From a virus (Duplodnaviria > Caudoviricetes), in the IMG/VR virus record IMGVR_UViG_3300037991_001091, positions 1-36,295 of that record: a stretch of DNA of 36,295 bases. One strand, written 5' to 3'. Every line of letters starts with the position of its first letter. Within the stretch, counting starts at the first letter, position 1. The notes beneath the pieces are model-generated. The model saw nothing but the letters and a program-made list of their open reading frames with translations. It did not search any database and was not told where the DNA came from. The translations under genes and the position numbers were made by a program. Below, in pieces: positions 33,807 to 36,295 of this stretch.

Positions 33807-34510
33807 TCCATCATCACATTGATGGCAGTGTGGCCTCCGATGACTACGCCACAAGCGATGGCAGGCTTCTTATAGTTGCGAGCATAGGCTTGAGAATAAC
33901 TTTCCCTATCTATGCCACAGCCCACCTGCATAGCGAAAATATTTTTATCTTGACCACATAGATGCTCGACATAACACTGCGTATGGATGTGTCCTTGTAC
34001 GCAACTAATCATATCATTCTTAACTCTAGTACGGGCAGTCCCCCCTTCGCCATGTACGTATTGTACACCATCAATAACAAATCGGGGCTGCCAATCCCAG
34101 TTAGTGCCAAGCACTTCATTGTAGGATTTAATCCAAGCCTTAGGTATGTTAGATGAGAACGCTTTGCGGGCTATGAGCCTGTCATGGTTGCCTATACAAA
34201 CCGTGGCGTGCCTAAACGCCTTGCTCCACTCCTTAACCTTCTCTATGGCAAAATCAAGCTCCATACCACCTGATAACCCATTGGGGTCTGTCTCATGGTA
34301 TGAGGCATAGTGATTATCCACGATGTCCCCACAAAAGTGTACGGCATTACAGTTAAATTTTTGATAAGTCTCTACGCAGAAATCAAGGTATCCTGGTAGA
34401 CAAAAAGGTTCGTGAATATCACCCACTACCAATAAACGTTTCTCGTTACTTGTGAGGTTGTTGTAAGCGGCTAGTTTTTGCCCTCTCAGTCTAGGTCTAA
34501 CTTCAGTCAT
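33803..34510 (-). CDS. Calcineurin-like metallophosphoesterase
   Basis: Full motif set: GDIH, GDIVD, GNHD, HG and GHIH. Confidence 0.9.
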   Translation of the reverse strand: MTEVRPRLRGQKLAAYNNLTSNEKRLLVVGDIHEPFCLPGYLDFCVETYQKFNCNAVHFCGDIVDNHYASYHETDPNGLSGGMELDFAIEKVKEWSKAFRHATVCIGNHDRLIARKAFSSNIPKAWIKSYNEVLGTNWDWQPRFVIDGVQYVHGEGGTARTRVKNDMISCVQGHIHTQCYVEHLCGQDKNIFAMQVGCGIDRESYSQAYARNYKKPAIACGVVIGGHTAINVMMD

Positions 34511-34667
34511 TTTCTATGGATTTCAATATGTCGGTAATCTTGGCGCAGAGCACCTCAACCGCCTCGTAATCCTCGTCCGCCCAGGCTTCGTACAAATCGT
34601 TGACAAGGTCGTGAATCTCTTCCATCGTTGTCAATATGTGTAGAAACCTGTGTGCGTGTCGTATCAT
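34503..34667 (-). CDS. Small acidic hypothetical protein (54 aa); not in the ORF track
   Basis: MIRHAHRFLHILTTMEEIHDLVNDLYEAWADEDYEAVEVLCAKITDILKSIEND*. The ATG overlaps the upstream TAA (TAATG) and its end overlaps the phosphoesterase start. Confidence 0.7.
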   Translation of the reverse strand: MIRHAHRFLHILTTMEEIHDLVNDLYEAWADEDYEAVEVLCAKITDILKSIEND

Positions 34668-34909
34668 TACCTATCCATTGCCCTGACCATAGTATCGCCT
34701 AAAGTTTTATCTATCCTACCTACACCCTTGTATATCTTTCTAGATGCCACCTTGACGCTTTTGATTTCTTCTTTTGTAGAATCAAGGCCTAGGTTTGTAT
34801 ACATAATACAATCCATTTCTAGTAAGGCGTCTATCTTGCGCCTGTCAGACCAAGTCTTATACCCGACTATCTTGTCAATCTTAGACTCTATGCTCTGATT
34901 CATTGTCAC
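34667..34909 (-). CDS. Hypothetical protein (80 aa)
   Basis: Fits the tight - strand operon, overlapping its neighbours on both sides. Confidence 0.75.
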   Translation of the reverse strand: MTMNQSIESKIDKIVGYKTWSDRRKIDALLEMDCIMYTNLGLDSTKEEIKSVKVASRKIYKGVGRIDKTLGDTMVRAMDR

Positions 34910-35342
34910 AATTTATTGACTTATTGTCAAAAGATTCCAGCAACTTTTCAACAAACATTATTTTTTTGCCTATTGTTGTGAACGATTCCAGCTCGTTTAG
35001 TATTTCAAGCGCACGGTCACGGGTTGATCTCTCCTCCTCCGACTCAACTCTTGAGAGGGTCTCCATGTAATCCACAACATAAGAGTCGTCCGTGTGCATG
35101 AAACTCTCGTGAGTCTTGAGGCCGTGTATAACCGTTGAGTGGTGTCTTTTAAATAACCTGCCAATCTCAGCCAGCTTGGCGCTGTACTTTGCGTACAGAA
35201 TGTTAAAGGCCATTGCCCGCACCCTTACCAACTCGTGCTTCCTTGAGTGGCTTTTTATATCGCTCATGGCTAGGTTGTGAACCTCCGCAACCCTCTCCAC
35301 AATGTTATTGAACGTTTCAGTTCTCTTCGTCTGTAATTTCAT
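34881..35342 (-). CDS. Stand-alone DnaA C-terminal (domain IV)-like helix-turn-helix protein
   Basis: SRKHELVRVRAMAFNILYAKYSAKLAEIGRLFKRHHSTVIHG matches the DnaA domain IV pattern (R...v..Rq.amyl...l..IG..F.RdHtTV.ha); no AAA+ domain. Confidence 0.75.
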   Translation of the reverse strand: MKLQTKRTETFNNIVERVAEVHNLAMSDIKSHSRKHELVRVRAMAFNILYAKYSAKLAEIGRLFKRHHSTVIHGLKTHESFMHTDDSYVVDYMETLSRVESEEERSTRDRALEILNELESFTTIGKKIMFVEKLLESFDNKSINCDNESEHRV

Positions 35343-35622
35343 TTATCGTTTTATTTGAATTTAAGTAATCTAAATATTCGTCCGAACTTATCTCGTCGAT
35401 ATTCATTATATAAAATGGATCCTCCCCATCGTTAAAGTATTCTAGCTCAAGGAACACATCCTCGCCATTGTCGTCTCGGACAATAAACCCAACGCTGTTG
35501 GGCTCCGTGTCCGTTGTCTCTAGCGTGTCAGCATTCGACGCAACAATGCTCATCGCAGAATACCTAACGCTCTTTGGAAGCGATATTAGCTTCTCTATTA
35601 AGAAATCATCTATCTGCACCAT
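35317..35622 (-). CDS. Acidic hypothetical protein (101 aa; likely start ATG 35622)
   Basis: The track ORF start at 35763 overlaps the VRR-NUC gene by about 160 nt; the in-frame ATG (MVQIDD) near the VRR-NUC stop is more plausible. Confidence 0.65.
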   Translation of the reverse strand: MVQIDDFLIEKLISLPKSVRYSAMSIVASNADTLETTDTEPNSVGFIVRDDNGEDVFLELEYFNDGEDPFYIMNIDEISSDEYLDYLNSNKTINEITDEEN

Positions 35623-35851
35623 AGACCTCAGTTTTACATCCGTGTCTTTCGAGTTCTCCGAGTCTGTACTCCTGTAATTTTGATAGTTTCCCATTCTTAG
35701 TTTTGATTTCAGAAAACAAAACGCCCGAGTTAGGTGGTATCGCAATGAGGTCAGGAATGCCATTCTTGTTAGTCTTTATAAGTTTAATAACGTAATAACC
35801 ATCAGCCTCGAGCTCCTTAATTCTCTTAGATTGTATTTGCTGCTCTCTCAT
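35606..35851 (-). CDS. VRR-NUC family PD-(D/E)xK nuclease (possible Holliday junction resolvase)
   Basis: EQQIQ...GIPDLIAI...LFSEIKTKNGKLSKLQ is the VRR-NUC signature. Confidence 0.85.
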   Translation of the reverse strand: MREQQIQSKRIKELEADGYYVIKLIKTNKNGIPDLIAIPPNSGVLFSEIKTKNGKLSKLQEYRLGELERHGCKTEVYGADR

Positions 35852-36293
35852 GAAGCTGTATAGACTTAAAGATAGGAAAAACTACCTGAGGAACTATCGC
35901 ATTCCCGTAGGCTTTTATTGATTCTTTTCGCCACCTAGGAAAGGTAATACCGTCCAACTCTCTGGGAATCCCATCATTTCCTCCACAAATAGGGGATTGA
36001 GTTGGGAATTTTTCGAATGATATTGGTGGTCTTCTTGAACTTTGTGATATATATTTCGCATCATATGTTTTCTCGCCTTGTTGTTGTTTATGCTCGTTGG
36101 GGGATATGCTCCTTTCCAATCGGTCGCTGTCGGTGTGGGTAGCATCCCGTTCTCCACTACGTCCCTGAGCTTCACTCCCCATCGCTCGCCCTTCTTGTTC
36201 TCCCGATACCATCCGTTGCCGTCGTTCTTCACTCCGCTGGCCTTGCCCCCTTCTACGTCCGTCGTCCGTGGTGTCGGTAGCATTTGGTTCACC
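35826..36293 (-). CDS. C5-cytosine DNA methyltransferase, 3' part, frame carrying motif X (5'-truncated by the window edge)
   Basis: Frame is open from the window edge (GEPNATDTTDDGRRRGQG...) to stop 35826 and contains KAYGNAIVPQVVFPIFKSI, the C5-MTase motif X. Confidence 0.75.
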   Translation of the reverse strand, partial: GEPNATDTTDDGRRRGQGQRSEERRQRMVSGEQEGRAMGSEAQGRSGERDATHTDSDRLERSISPNEHKQQQGEKTYDAKYISQSSRRPPISFEKFPTQSPICGGNDGIPRELDGITFPRWRKESIKAYGNAIVPQVVFPIFKSIQLHERAANTI

Positions 36294-36295
36294 TG
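35915..36295 (-). CDS. Overlapping-frame polypeptide of the C5 methyltransferase carrying LPTP repeats and a motif IX-like segment (may extend beyond the window)
   Basis: Open from the window edge: QVNQMLPTPRTTD...MLPTPTATDWKG...LNPLFVEEMMGFPESW, which is motif IX-like (L...E..R.MGFP..y/w). Confidence 0.7.
   Translation of the reverse strand, partial: QVNQMLPTPRTTDVEGGKASGVKNDGNGWYRENKKGERWGVKLRDVVENGMLPTPTATDWKGAYPPTSINNNKARKHMMRNIYHKVQEDHQYHSKNSQLNPLFVEEMMGFPESWTVLPFLGGEKNQ

Noticed and set aside
34314-35076. Near-DnaA boxes TTATCCACG and TAATCCACA
   Set aside because: Single-mismatch, isolated and inside coding sequence; expected by chance.
33962-35677. + strand ORFs at 33962, 34650 and 35468
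   Set aside because: Antisense to a tightly packed, motif-supported - strand operon.
35623-35763. N-terminal extension of the 35317 ORF as a second dual-coding region
   Set aside because: It overlaps the VRR-NUC gene with no motif support; the downstream ATG 35622 explains the gene.
1-36295. Stop-codon reassignment, as in some crAss-like phages
   Set aside because: Long genes are intact under the standard code, and TAA, TAG and TGA all end genes at sensible boundaries.
1-36295. CRISPR array, tRNA, intron/intein or diversity-generating retroelement
   Set aside because: No regularly spaced repeats, cloverleaf, reverse transcriptase or evident interruptions in terL, portal or capsid were seen; intergenic space is minimal. 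Inspection was by eye only.

Overview
Segment of a tailed dsDNA phage genome (podovirus-like), most likely infecting a Bacteroidota host. The host inference rests on intergenic TAnnTTTG-type promoter motifs and A/T-rich start regions lacking Shine-Dalgarno sequences. Positions 1-33806 are a + strand lysis/packaging/virion module: partial 3-TM holin, repeat-bearing fibre-like protein, tandem GroES-like co-chaperonin, terminase subunits, portal, scaffold, major capsid protein, two paralogous small proteins, tail ring/adaptor proteins, a 1950-aa tail stabilization/nozzle-like protein, an amidase, and three probable DNA-ejection proteins, the last of 3452 aa. Positions 33803-36295 are a convergent - strand block: metallophosphoesterase, stand-alone DnaA C-terminal HTH protein, VRR-NUC nuclease and the 3' end of a C5-cytosine methyltransferase. 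The most notable observations are: (1) the methyltransferase is dual-coded, with motif IX and motif X in two different overlapping frames that are both open to the window edge; (2) the nozzle-like gene appears split in two with an amidase gene between the parts; (3) a ~70-aa beta module is inserted in three virion proteins and apparently nested inside a copy of itself; (4) a promoter-terminator mini-unit could encode a ~50-nt antisense-like RNA; (5) probable leaderless transcripts. All functional calls come from motif recognition and synteny by eye; no database searches were run.
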